IMG/VR virus record: IMGVR_UViG_3300032254_000001
Coordinates: 256,001 to 320,000 of that record
DNA length: 64,000 bases
Reading direction: 5' to 3' (one strand)
Origin: a virus
Lineage: Duplodnaviria; Caudoviricetes
This document shows positions 34,857-48,400 of the stretch, in pieces (within the stretch, counting starts at the first letter, position 1; each line of letters opens with the position of its first letter). A model generated the notes under the pieces. The model saw only the letters and a list, made by a program, of their open reading frames with translations. It searched no databases and was not told the origin of the DNA. A program made the translations under genes and the position numbers.

Positions 34857-35617
34857 TGACACTGTGTATACAAGATGTAATAACAGAAGGCACAAACGCC
34901 CCTAGTGTACCAGCTATATCTGGTTTCACACCAGATGAAGTTATAGGAATAATGGCAGTTATCTCAGTTGAAGTTAATCAATCAGCTGATGAAGTAACTG
35001 ATGACGGCCTCGGGCTTTACGGAATTGACTTAGCAGACTTGCAAGGTGCAGGTATTGTAAAGAAAGGAATTGCTACTACAGGCGACCTTGCTACAATTTT
35101 AGCTGACTCATCTATATACACAGGTAAGTTTAGTGTTAACGGTATAACTGATATATTAGTTAACTCGGGCTTGCAACGCGATGTTATTGCAACATCTTTA
35201 TCTAGTGACTTAGTTGCATTGTTTAGCCAAGGTTTAATACCAGCTGATGCATCGTCTGCAGAACTTGCAGGCATTGCAGGTACCGCAGCTGAGTTTGGTT
35301 TAGATGATGCTAGGGACTGGTTAAACGGTGATGCATCGGACGATCTAACTGCATTAATGGATGCATCTAGTGCTGACTTTGAATATGCAGTTAATCTAGT
35401 TAATACCAAAGCATCTGATATATTAGGGCAGGTACAGGGCATTGGCATACCACCAGTTAGCTTACCAGAGCTAAGTATTGGTACAATTGATACAGTTGAT
35501 ATCGACGGTGAAGTTGACAAGTTAATAGGTAGCGTTCGTATTCCGTCAGCTGGTGGCATACCTGTACCTGAGATTCCAAATATACCACCAGCACTCAATC
35601 CAGAGGATTTAATATAA
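34856..35617 (+). CDS. Hypothetical acidic baseplate-associated protein
   Basis: Located between gp5 and gp25. Confidence 0.6.
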   Translation: MTLCIQDVITEGTNAPSVPAISGFTPDEVIGIMAVISVEVNQSADEVTDDGLGLYGIDLADLQGAGIVKKGIATTGDLATILADSSIYTGKFSVNGITDILVNSGLQRDVIATSLSSDLVALFSQGLIPADASSAELAGIAGTAAEFGLDDARDWLNGDASDDLTALMDASSADFEYAVNLVNTKASDILGQVQGIGIPPVSLPELSIGTIDTVDIDGEVDKLIGSVRIPSAGGIPVPEIPNIPPALNPEDLI

Positions 35618-35991
35618 TGCCAAATTTTAGAGGCTTTAGCACAATTAACAAAGATAAGAAGTTCACACTTACGGACCGTGATCTTATTAAGCGCGATTTA
35701 CTTAATGCGTTTGAGCTCAGAGCAGGCTCTGTAGTAGGACGCCCAGAAGTGGGTACTACAATTTGGGATTATATCTTTGACCCTAACGATACACTTACTG
35801 CTAACAGGATAGAAGCTGAAATACGTCGCATTATAGGGCTAGATGAGCGTCTAGAGTTGCATGATGTTGTAGTAACCAACGCGGTTAATACAATTAGAGC
35901 ACATGTTTCGGTTAGCATAGCAACTGAGAAAAGCTCAGAAGATTTCTATATAACATTTGTTGAGGCAACCCAAACAGCCACCATCTCTTAA
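35617..35991 (+). CDS. gp25: Baseplate wedge gp25-like protein
   Basis: LIKRDLLNAF..R.G...RPE.GT.IWDYIFDP. Confidence 0.85.
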   Translation: MPNFRGFSTINKDKKFTLTDRDLIKRDLLNAFELRAGSVVGRPEVGTTIWDYIFDPNDTLTANRIEAEIRRIIGLDERLELHDVVVTNAVNTIRAHVSVSIATEKSSEDFYITFVEATQTATIS

Positions 35992-36012
35992 AGTACGCCG
36001 TTAATACTTCTC

Positions 36013-36020
36013 CATAAATA
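36013..36020 (+). promoter_or_regulatory. Late promoter CATAAATA
   Basis: Upstream of ATG 36045. Confidence 0.7.
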
Positions 36021-36044
36021 CAGGAACATTAAGAGAATTATAAC

Positions 36045-39000
36045 ATGGCAAAGACCTCTAGACAAACAGCAATATTCGGAACAGAAGACTGGAAGCGTAT
36101 TTACAAAACATACGAAGAAGCAGACCTTCAGAGTTATAACTTTGAAACAATTCGTAAGACATTTGTAGATTACTTAAGACAGCATCATCCGGAAACGTTT
36201 AACGACTTTACTGAAAACTCAGAATACATCGCATTGCTTAATGTAATGTCATTTATGGGGCAATCACTAGCATTCCGTAGTGATTTAAACACACGTGAAA
36301 ACTTCCTTGATACTGCTGAACGTACTGATAGCGTTAATAACCTAGCTAAGTTAGTTGGATATACTCCAAAGCGTAACGAAGCAGCTCGTGGTTACTTAAA
36401 GGTACTAGCGGCAGCAACAACAGAAAACATCACTGATTATAATAAAAACAATCTTAGTAACATTGCAGTACGCTGGAATGACAAAACAAATGATGACTGG
36501 CAAGAACAGCTTACTACTGTTTTAAATGCAGCACTAGTAGATAGTCAGAAGATTGGTCAGCCAGGACACAAAGCTAATTTAATTGGCATTGAAACGTCTG
36601 AATACGAAATTAATATGGAATCTGGCTTCTTGCCAGTAGTACCGTTCTCTGCAACTGTTAACGGCAGTGTAATGGATTTTGAAATCATTAACGGTACATC
36701 AATTGGTAAGTCTAATATATACGAACCAGCACCAAGTGCTAACGGTCAGCTTAACTTACTATACAGAAACGATAACCAAGGCTTTGCTAGCACAAACACT
36801 GGATACTTTTTCTACTTTAAGCAAGGTACATTAAAAACACAAGATTTCACTTTAAGTGAACGCATTGCTAACAGATCAATTGACATTGATGTGCCAGGCG
36901 TTAACGATAATGATATTTGGTTATACAAAACAAATACAACTAATACATCAGGCACTGAAGAGTGGACAGAAGTTGATAACATATATGCTACAAACAATAC
37001 ACAGCTAGACGTTGAAGATAGAAAATTCTTCAGTGTAACAAGCAGAGTAGACGATCAGATTACATTTAACTTCGGCGATGGCGTGTTTAGTGAAATCCCA
37101 ACTGGCGATTACCGTGCATATGTACGTGAAAGCAACGGCCAGGAATACATTGTAAATCCTGAAGAGATTCAAAACATTGATGTTAACGTAAGTTATATTA
37201 GCAAAACAGGTCGTAACGAAACACTTACTCTTACAATTGGATTAACACAACCAGTTTCAAATGCTAAGGCACGTGAAGAACTTGATGATATCAAGCGAAG
37301 AGCACCAGCACGTTTTTACACACAAAACAGAATGGTTAACGGTGAAGATTACAATAATTTCCCTTACACTTCTTACAGCAGCATTACAAAAAGTAAAGCT
37401 ATTAACAGAACAAACATTGGCGCAAGTCGCTACTTAGATCTTGTTGACCCAACTGGCAAATATAGTAGCATTAATGCATATGCTAGCGATGGTTTAATTT
37501 ATAAAGACTCTAGCTTAACATCATTCAACTTTACATTCAATGACAGAAATGACATTGACTCAGTATTTAGAAATCAGCTTGAGCCATTACTAGGTGAGCG
37601 CGGCACAATTCAGTTCTATTACGAGAACTTTACTCGTGTTGACATGTCACCAATTGACTTACTATGGAATCAAAATACAACTATAACAAACGAGACGTCT
37701 GGTTACTTTAAAGACTCTGCGTTACCAGTGGGCAATGCACAACCAATCGGTCCGTATGTTAGCGATAATAAGCAGTACCTATTACCACATTCATTGGTTA
37801 AATTTGTTGCACCAACAGGCTTGCACTTCAATGAAAACAATAGATTAATTGCAGGCACAGAGTTAAGTGCAGGCGACAAGACTGAAATATGGACTACTAT
37901 AACAAGTGTTGAGAACGAAGGTACAGCTGGTGGCGAAATTGCAGCATTACCAGCTACCACTGTTGGTCCAGTTAAATTAAATAATTTTGTACCAACTGGT
38001 GCAGAACCAGCTGAAGTTATACCACTATTTAATTCAGACTTGCCAGTAGCAATCGAGCAGGAAATGCTAGCACAGGTAGAATTACTACGTGCATTTGGCA
38101 TTGGCTTTGATCACTTAACTAATAGCTGGTACATTATCAGTGCTGATAACTTAAACGCAGACGGTGAGTTTAGTCTACTAAACGCAGGCTCAACTTCTAA
38201 CACGAATGCAGATGCTAGCTGGATGGTTAAGTTTATACCAACACCAGAAGGATACACAGTGTCTTCAAGAACATTACACTATTTCTTCTCAAGCATATTA
38301 GAAACAAGATTCTTTTATGATAACAGTCGCAGAATATTTGATCCTAGAACAGGACAGATAGTTAATGATTTTATTAGAGTATTAAAAACAAACAGCAAAC
38401 CAGACGGTACAAATCAGCCATTGTCGGGCGATGTGTTTATGGATATCATCGACCAAAGTGTTGAACCAGACGGTTATGTAAATGACTACAATGTAGAAGT
38501 TAGTTTTACTGACTTTGATAACGATGGCATTGCTGATGATCCAGATTACTTTAAGTTACTAGTTGATGAGACAGGCGAGAATCTAAACAAAAATGTTTAC
38601 TTCCAGTCAACGGTTGACTTTGACAACTTAGAAAGATTTTTACCAGTATCGTCTAGCTTAATTAACGACGAATACGATACAGAAGGTGCTATTGCATTAG
38701 TTAAAACAGAGTACAGCGCAGGGCAGATATTTTATGCAACTACCGACGCTAAATTCTTTGAATTAATAGTTGATGGCGATACTTCTAGAGAGCTAGAAGA
38801 ACGATTTGACTTTAGTGCAAAACTAGGACGTGGCGATTTACACTTCCAGTACAGACATAACAGTCCAGAAACTAGACGCATTAATCCAAGTGTAACAAAC
38901 ATCATTGATGTTTATGTTGTTACATCAGATTACTACGAATCGTACATAAGATACATACAGGACGTAACTGGATCAGTAACTGAACCAGCGATTCCAACAA

Positions 39001-39458
39001 CAGACGAGTTATCAGTACAGTACGAAGAGTTACAGGATAGCAAAATGATTAGTGATAACATGGTACTAAACAGTGTTAGCTTTAAGCCATTATTTGGAGC
39101 TAAAGCAGATGCGAAATTGCAAGCATACATTAAGGTAGTTAAACTTAGTAATTCAAATACAAGTGATAGTGAAATTAAGAGTAAAGTAATATCATCTATT
39201 AATAACTATTTTGATATTGGCAATTGGGACTTCGGAGATACATTTTATTTCTCAGAAATGGCAGCGTACATACATTCAGAATTAGGTAGCATTTTGGGAT
39301 CGGTTGTTATTACACCGAAAGACCCATCAATGGCGTTTGGTGATTTATACGAAATTAAGTCAGCACCGTACGAGATCTTTACTAGTGCGGCAACGGTTGA
39401 TGATGTAAATATAATTGATGCATTAACAGCAAGCAACTTACAGAACAGGGCAGGTTAA
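36045..39458 (+). CDS. gp6: Baseplate wedge protein (gp6-like)
   Basis: FNDFTENSEYIALL, FLDTAER, FGDGVF, QNRMVNGEDY. Confidence 0.88.
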   Translation: MAKTSRQTAIFGTEDWKRIYKTYEEADLQSYNFETIRKTFVDYLRQHHPETFNDFTENSEYIALLNVMSFMGQSLAFRSDLNTRENFLDTAERTDSVNNLAKLVGYTPKRNEAARGYLKVLAAATTENITDYNKNNLSNIAVRWNDKTNDDWQEQLTTVLNAALVDSQKIGQPGHKANLIGIETSEYEINMESGFLPVVPFSATVNGSVMDFEIINGTSIGKSNIYEPAPSANGQLNLLYRNDNQGFASTNTGYFFYFKQGTLKTQDFTLSERIANRSIDIDVPGVNDNDIWLYKTNTTNTSGTEEWTEVDNIYATNNTQLDVEDRKFFSVTSRVDDQITFNFGDGVFSEIPTGDYRAYVRESNGQEYIVNPEEIQNIDVNVSYISKTGRNETLTLTIGLTQPVSNAKAREELDDIKRRAPARFYTQNRMVNGEDYNNFPYTSYSSITKSKAINRTNIGASRYLDLVDPTGKYSSINAYASDGLIYKDSSLTSFNFTFNDRNDIDSVFRNQLEPLLGERGTIQFYYENFTRVDMSPIDLLWNQNTTITNETSGYFKDSALPVGNAQPIGPYVSDNKQYLLPHSLVKFVAPTGLHFNENNRLIAGTELSAGDKTEIWTTITSVENEGTAGGEIAALPATTVGPVKLNNFVPTGAEPAEVIPLFNSDLPVAIEQEMLAQVELLRAFGIGFDHLTNSWYIISADNLNADGEFSLLNAGSTSNTNADASWMVKFIPTPEGYTVSSRTLHYFFSSILETRFFYDNSRRIFDPRTGQIVNDFIRVLKTNSKPDGTNQPLSGDVFMDIIDQSVEPDGYVNDYNVEVSFTDFDNDGIADDPDYFKLLVDETGENLNKNVYFQSTVDFDNLERFLPVSSSLINDEYDTEGAIALVKTEYSAGQIFYATTDAKFFELIVDGDTSRELEERFDFSAKLGRGDLHFQYRHNSPETRRINPSVTNIIDVYVVTSDYYESYIRYIQDVTGSVTEPAIPTTDELSVQYEELQDSKMISDNMVLNSVSFKPLFGAKADAKLQAYIKVVKLSNSNTSDSEIKSKVISSINNYFDIGNWDFGDTFYFSEMAAYIHSELGSILGSVVITPKDPSMAFGDLYEIKSAPYEIFTSAATVDDVNIIDALTASNLQNRAG

Positions 39459-39461
39459 CAG

Positions 39462-42400
39462 ATGGCACGAATTCGTAGTATAGATTTTCTACCAGAGATT
39501 TTTCAAACTCCAACCAACGAAAAGTTTTTAAACTCGACACTTGATCAATTAATTCAAGAACCGAAGTTAAAGCAAACACAAGGTTATATCGGTGCTAGAA
39601 CAGCACCCGGTAAGTTAGAGACTGACGGTTATATAACAGAGATAACTGATAGAAGATCAAATTATCAACTTGAGCCAGGCGTTATTTTCAAAGATGAAAA
39701 CGGTGGCACAGTTGATGCATTAACGTACATGGGTCTACTAGACGGACTTGACACTTCAGGTTCGAACGTAGAAAATCACGATCGTCTATTCAAATCAGAG
39801 ACATACAGTTGGTCTCCATTTATTGAGTTTGATAAGTTTGTAAACTACAGCCAGTACTTTTGGTTACCTTCTGGACCAGACAGCGTTGACGTTGCCGCGT
39901 CTAGTGTTTTATTAACAAACGACTTTGATATAACTGCAAACGACGAAACATATTCAATTGATGGATTTACCATCGAGAACCCTGTAATTACAGTGTTACG
40001 TGGTGGTGCATATGATTTTAATGTTAACCAGAATGGTAGTCCATTTTATATCCAAACACATCCGGGCACTGATGGTACAGTGCCGTGGGCAGACAATATA
40101 AGCAGTCGTGAAATTATCGGCGTTACAAATAATGGCGACGATAACGGTACAATTACATTTAATGTGCCACAAAGCGATGCGCAGAGCTTCTACTATAATT
40201 TACCAGATATTGGTAATGTTGATTTAGCAACAACCGTCCGAATGGATTCAATTGCTGACCAGTTACTAAGTGACGTGGTCACTGTGTCTGGTATACAAAG
40301 TATCGATAATATGACTATTGTTTTCTTAGACGATACACCAGGTGATGCAGTTGACCTAGGTTGGGTTAACGGTGGCGTGCCTTTAACAGCACAAGAAGAC
40401 AGATACCAAATATTTAGAATTTTCCTTGAAGATGTGCTTGGTGAGATATACATTAGATTAATTCCAATACAGCCAATTACTATTTTTGAGAAGTTCACTA
40501 TACTATACGGTGCAGATTACAGTAACATAAGTTTCTTTAAAGACTCAGATGGTTACTTTGATCAAGTACCACTAGATACAGCTTCACTTGATACTTTATA
40601 TTACCAAGACGCTGTTAACCCAGATCGTTTTGGCATCATTAACGTAGTTGATCAGGAATCATCTGCAACACTAGATGTCGATGCTATACTTGGAAGAACA
40701 GATTACACAAGTCCAAACGGTGTAATATTTACTAACGGACTTAAAGTAAAGTTCCGTGGCGAAGTATCACCTGCAGAGTACTCAGACGAAGAGTACTATG
40801 TTGAAGGTGTTGGTACATCAATACGCCTTGTATTAACATCGGACTTACAAGTTCCTGAAACGTATGCTAAGAGTTTCACATCACCGTGGGATATCTCAGG
40901 ATGGGATACAGAAGGACTAGACGGAACATTAAATGCTCCACTTGACTTAGATTACATTACTATTAACAGATCTAGCTTAGATAAAAATGCTTGGTCTAGA
41001 AGTAACAGATGGTTCCACCTTGACGTTATTAAAGCGACAGCTGAATATAACAACACGGTAGTGAACGTTGATAACAATAATAGAGCTACACGCCCAATTA
41101 TTGAATTTGATGCAGACTTACGTTTATTCAACTACGGTACAAACGGTAAGCAACTTGTTAACATCATTGACTTTGTTATAACTGACGCATTATCAACTAT
41201 TAATGGTTCGTTAGGTTACACGGTTGACGGATACAAATTGTCAGAAGGCAGTCGTGTTATATTTGCTAACGACGCAGATCCATCTATTAGAGATAAAATT
41301 TTCGTAGTTGAATTAATTGATCCAACTAACTCAGGAACCGACACACTGAACCTTGTTGAGGCAGCTGATGCAGACAGTGAAGAAAATGACATTGTTATAG
41401 TAGCTACAGGTATTGAACAGCAGGGTAAGGTATTCACGTACGATGGCACATCATGGGTTGAATCACAAGCTAAGACATCAGTTAATCAGCCTCCATTATT
41501 TGATATATTTGATCGCGATGGATATTCACTAAGTGAATTTACTGCTTACCCAAGTACTACATTTACAGGATCTAAGTTATTCAGTTATAGTGAAGGAACA
41601 GGGTCAAGTGACCCAGTACTTGGATTCCCATTAAGCTATTTGAATATTGATAACTTAGGTGACATTGTTTTTGAGAATAACATGTACACTGATACCTTCT
41701 TATATGTAGAAGATAATGTATCTAACGAAAACAGTCCAATAAGCGAAGGCTTTGCTAGGAAGTACAACACTCGTACTGAATACACAAATGAAATTGGCTG
41801 GGTAACATCAATAGAAAACTCACGCCAGGCACAAGTTATTGAAATGGCATATGCAGGCGAGCCAATTGAATTAGACATTCTTCCAGAATCTGATTTATTA
41901 ATCCCAGCGGTTAGGATCACAGCTGATGGTACCTTTATTACGCCAGGTGAATACACTGTAGTAGATAACATCATTACATTTATTAGTGATATTGCAGACG
42001 GTGCAGCATTAGAAATTAAAGTAATTAGTAACGAGATTAGTGCTAGTGGCTATTACGAAGTGCCAACTAACTTGTCAAGCAACATGTTCAATAAAAACAC
42101 ATCGTTATTAACACTTGGTACGATTCGTAACCACTATAATAACTTGTCGCAAAATGTACTAGACATAACAGGTGACATCAATGGCGCGAATAACTTACGT
42201 GACTTAGGCGACATAAGCAAGTACGGTAATCTTATTGTACAGCAGTCATCACCGCTTGCACTTGCAGCGATGTTCATGCGTAACAAAGAGTATAACTTCT
42301 TTGGTTCAGTTAAGTTTGCATCACGCCAGTACGATAAATTCAAAAGCCAATTAATTGACTGGGTTGAAAAGCATGATGTATATGATCTTACAGTAAGTGA

Positions 42401-45400
42401 GATACTCGATGCAGCATTTAAAGACATAAACACAGGCAAGAATTTTGAAAGTGCGTTTTATTGGTCAGACATGTTACCTACAGGGTCAGATTACGAGACT
42501 ACTGAGTACACGGTAACAGCAATTAGCACAAATACATTTGCAACGCTTAAGTCATACGACTTCTTAAATGCTAACACTCTAGCATTATTAGTATACCACA
42601 ATGGCACGTTGTTAATAAAAGACACAGACTACACAGTAGCAACAGACGGTGCGCGTATTGAAATATTAATCGACACTGACGTAGATGATGTTATAACCAT
42701 AAACGAATACAATACAACACTTGGATCAAATGTACCAAGTACACCGACTAAGTTAGGATTGTATCCAAAATATAAACCAACTATTTTTACTGACAATACT
42801 TACGTTAACCCAATTGATGTTATCCGCGGCCACGATGGTAGCATTACTACATCATTTGGTAAAAACAGCGAAGGCGGAAACGATATTCGCGATTTAGTAT
42901 TACTTGAGTTTGAAAAACGTGTTTATAATAACATCAAAGTAAATGATATTATACCAATTGAACCTTCGGACATTCTTCCGGGTGCATTCCGTGACACGGA
43001 TTATGAAGGCTCTGAAGTAATAGACGTACTTTCACCGAGCTTATTATCGTGGTTAGGATGGAATCGAATTGATTTCAAAACACAAGACTATAATAAAGCA
43101 GAAGAAAAGACATGGAACTACAGTTCAAGTACTTCTAAGATAGATGGCGCACAGATTACACAAGGTAACTGGCGTGGTATTTACACGTACTTCTATGACA
43201 CAGATGCTCCACATGAACGTCCATGGGAAATGGTTGGATTAACTGAGCGCCCGGATTGGTGGGAGCAACGTTATGGACCAGCACCGTACACAAGTGGTAA
43301 CTTAGTACTTTGGGACGACATGGAAGCCGGCTTAATTAACGAGCCAGGCAATGAACGTGCAATTGACAAATATAAGCGTCCGGGTCTTACATCAATATTA
43401 CCTGTAAACAGTGAAGGCATTTTAGTTATGCCACTTGAATCTGTTATAGCAGGTTACTCAGCGTATGACTTTAAGAAGACATGGAAGATTGGCGACATCG
43501 CTCCTGCTGAAGCAGCTTGGAGGAAGTCAAGTGCGTATCCGTTTGCAATGCAGACACTTTATGCATTAACTAAGCCAGCTCAGTACTTTGCATTAATGGC
43601 AGATAGAGACCGTTATGTTTACGATACAGATTTTGAGCAATACTTATACGACAGCCGTCACAGACTTGATGCACATAACATTGAAATACTAGACGAGAAT
43701 TTAGTTAAGCATAGCTACATAAACTGGATAATCGATTATAACAAGTACTTCGGTTACGAAAGCTTAGGCAAATTAAAAACAGATTTATCAAATCTTGATG
43801 TAAATCTATGTCACCATATGGCATCGTTTACTGATAAGAATAACTTAAAGATATTCACAGACAAGAGCAGCCCAGATAGCACAAATAATAGTCTATTGCT
43901 GCCAGATGAGAGCTTTAACTTATTACTATATAAGAATCAGCCTGCAGAAGAAATTACATATTCGTCAATCATTGTACAAAAGGTTGATACTGGATACTCT
44001 GTAATTGGTAACAGTTTCACAGATCCGTACTTTAAGATACAAGCATCAATTGACACCGGACGATTTGACACAATTAAAGTTGGTAGAACTGAAACAACTT
44101 CAACAACCGTGCGTGTTCCATTGGACTTTAGAGATGAAGTGCAATACATTCCGTACGGTCACATATACACTAGCAAGCAGGCAGTAGCTGAGTTCATTGC
44201 AAGCTACAATCAATACCTAGTACGCTCTGGATTGAAGTTTGATACATATGAAAATACTCAACCAGTTGATTGGACACAGATGGTACAGGAATTTGTATAC
44301 TGGTCTGACCAAGGATGGGATGTTAATAGTATTATTAACCTTAACCCGGCAGCATCAACGTTAGAGTTTGAACGTGAACTGCATATTGTTGACGACTTAA
44401 ACAATTTAGAATTAACAGAGCAACCGCTTAATCAAAACAGAGAGCCACTTGACATTAGTGACTATGCCGTTGATCGTATTGACAATAACTTTAAGATAAG
44501 AATGCTTGATGACAATGTTATTAGCTACTTGAAATTCAACTTAACTAGCTTCGAACACTTGTTAGTACTAGATAACACTAGTATCTTTAATGATTTAATC
44601 TATGATCCAGTAACTGGTGTTAGACAGCATCGTGTTAAACTATTTGGTTTCACAACTTACGAGTGGAACGGACAATTAGATGCACAAGGCTTCTTATACA
44701 ATGAAGATAATGTTACGGAATGGGTTACAACTGGTTCATATAACAAAGGCAACATTGTTAAGTTTAAGAATTCATACTGGAGCGCATCTGAGAAGGTACA
44801 GCCATCAGAAACGTTTGACTTTAGTCAATGGATAAAGACTGATTACAATAGCATTAACAAAGGTTTACTGCCTAACATAGCTACAAAGGCAGACCAACAG
44901 TTACAATACTACAATAATAAGACAGCTAACTTAGAAACTGATATCGACTTATTCGCTTATGGCTTAACAGGTTTCCGTTCACGTGATTACTTACAATCAC
45001 TAGACTTAGACGACATTAGCCAAGTAAACATATACAGCGACATGATCGAGAATAAGGGAACGTCTAAGAGCCTGAACTTATTTAAAGATGTTGAATTAAA
45101 CAACGAAGCAGTTGATTACACTATTTTTGAAAACTGGGCTATTAAACGTGCTCAGTACGGTGCTACTAGTAGCCGCTCATTCATAGAATTAAAACTAGAC
45201 CAGGATGAGCTTACATCAAGCCCAGGTCTAATAGAGATTGTTGACTCAGTAGCTGATGAATCAGTAGCTGATTTATTAATTCCAGTATCGCAAATCTTTA
45301 AGCAAAGCGAGAAGAACACAGACAAAAACATATTGCCTGTAGTAGTTCAGAAGAATACTGATACTTCATTGCCATCTGCAGGCTTTGTAGATGAAGACGA

Positions 45401-48400
45401 TGTAGATATTGCAGTCTTTAATATATCGGAAATAGATGTTACTGAAGACATAAGCGAAGGTACATTAATATGGGTAGCAAACGATACACCAACTGATTGG
45501 AATGTATACCGCATAGTTAAACTAGACCCATTGGTAGTTAGTGCAACTGACAACCTTAACGGTACGTTAACTCTTACAACTAACATCGCACATAATTTAG
45601 TAGTAGACGACACGGTTGTCGTTGCTGACTTCAGTGACGTAGTTGACGGCACTCACAAAGTATTAGGATACTACGACGATGTTAACATTGTTATTGCAGG
45701 CGAGTTAGATGTAAATCAAACTTGTATATTAGACAAGCATGGTTCGTTGTTACAATTTGAATCAGCGCGTGTTGATGTTCCTAGTGACATAGCAGGTTCT
45801 GTATTTGATAACATTATTTTCTCAACTGATAAAGTTTGGGTTTCGAATGATAACGATAAGACAGCAACATACGTTAAAACAAGTCCGTTCACATTAACTA
45901 GAGATGAAGTTAATCCAAATGGTACAGCGGCTGAGTTCGGCTATAGTGTGTCACAAGGCTATGCTAACACAGGCTTATTAGTTGGTGATCCAGTTAATGA
46001 CATTGTACACCTGTACAAGAAAGAAGGCAGAGCTGACTACATACAAAGCGCGGCATTAACATTAAGCAATAACCCAAACATTTTACGTTACGGTAATGAT
46101 GTAACATTAATAGAATCATGGGGTGCGGTAACTGCACCGGGCGATGCTAGCACACCGGGTATAGTAGCAATTATAAAACGTGATAGAGTCTTAGACTATA
46201 TTGTTGAAACGCAGATACTTGTTAGCCCGACACCGGTTGTCAACGATGGCTTCGGCACAAGTGTCGCAATGAGCAAAGACGAGAATTGGGTGTACGTTGG
46301 TGAACCAGCAAGCAACCAAGTTCATGCATACCAGAAAAAAGATTACCAAGCGCAATCTGCTACATATGCAACTGATGGAGTTTCACAAGAGTACGACATA
46401 TCAAATGATATTATAGTTGATGCAGCAAGTGAAGTTATTGTAATGTTAGATGATGTGTTAGTGCCTGTGGGCGATTACACATACAGCAGTCCAAATATTG
46501 TATTAAATGATTTACCAGACGACGGCAGTGTTGTTAGCATTGCACGAAGAGATGCAGTAGCTTACGACGGTGATACCATTGAAGACACATTCTCAGTAGC
46601 TGATCTTTATGCACTTGATGGAATAGACTCTGTAGTAGTTGCGGTAAGCGGTGCTATACAGCGTCCAGTATTAGACTATACATTAACAGGTACTGACATT
46701 GTATTTACAACACCACCAGCAGCTGGCACCACTAATGTTGTAATTTCGCTAGCTACTACGTTTAGATATGTTGATACAATAGACGACAGCATTGATGGAA
46801 TTACATTAGCTGGCACTGATCGTTTTGGTGCTGAACTTGAAGTAACTGAGAACAGTAGTCACATTGTTATTACTGCACCGGGCACAGACTCAGATGCAGG
46901 CAATGCATATATCCTTAATAGGGTTGTTGAGCGTTTTGTAGTTACTCCAGATAATGTATCAGGCTTAACAGTTGGGCCAACTATTAGAACACCACTTGGT
47001 TCAGTGAACAACAATGGTACACAGTTAATTCCATCTGGTCCAACACTAAACCCAGATTATGAAATTACTGGTAATGATGTAACATTCCTTAATGCAGGTA
47101 CTATTCAAACTGGTGACTTCTTAGATGTTGATACAACCGAGTTTAAATTAATTCAAGTTGTTGCCGCAGCTACACCAACAGCGGGTGCAACATTTGGTAA
47201 CTCTGTAACTATATGTAAAACAAAATGTTCTGTTTACTTTGGTGCACCTGACGACTTAAGTGGTGCTGGTAGTGTTACACGATACATTAACGGTCCACGA
47301 ATAACTAGCTACATTACAAGTACAGTGATAGATCCAACTATACCTGCTAGCAGTTCAATTAGAATTAATAACGTCGAAGTACCTATTAGTGGCACATCGC
47401 AGGATGTTGCTGACACTATTAATGCAACAACACTTCCAAACGTTTCTGCATCAGCACCAGGCGGTTACTTAACAATCGAATTGAATAATAAAGAAATACA
47501 ATCAATTGCTAACAGATTGGATATACTACCGGGTGAAAATGTATCACTTGAAACATTAGGATTGGATCCGTACTACATCGGACAAACACTTACAAGTCCA
47601 GTTGAAGCTACACAGGATCAATATTTTGGTAGTTCGTTGCACATCGATCTTAATATAAATCAATTAGTTGTTGGTGCACCAGGCGGCAATGTATTGCACG
47701 ATAACACAGCAACAGCAGACACCACTAAAACAACGTCTGACAGTGGCACGACAGCAGATGCAGCTACTACAGTCGTAGGCGGTGGTGCTGTTTATACATA
47801 CGATTTATTAACAGACGGCTCTATCTTTACACCAGGTAAATTAGTATTCGGACAACAGCTATACGATACTAATATTACAACAGGTGATAGTTTTGGTAAT
47901 GCGGTTAGTTTAGTAGACGGTATACTAGTTGTTGGATCGGTTGATTACGATACAGACATAGGCCGTGTTGTTATATTTGGTAACGAATCAAATGCATTTT
48001 CATGGCAGGCAACTAACGTTCAGAACGATACAGTTGATGTTGAATTAATTAATTCATCGTACATTTATGATTCTGCAACGCTTGGTGTGTCTCGTTACTT
48101 AGATTACATTGATCCGTTAAACGGCAAGATTTTAGGCGCAGCAAATCAGAATATTGATTATACTACAGCATACGATCCAACAGTGTACAATGATACGAAC
48201 GTAGGATTACTTTGGGGACGTGAACAAGTTGGAAAGATTTGGTGGAACATTACATCAATTCGTTTCTTAGACTACAACCTAGGTGATGCTAAACATGCTA
48301 GCAGAGTGTGGGGTAAAATATTCCCAGGCAGCTCTGTTGATGTTTATCAGTGGGTTGAGAGCACCGTGCCACCAGAAGAATACACAGGCACAGGCACTGT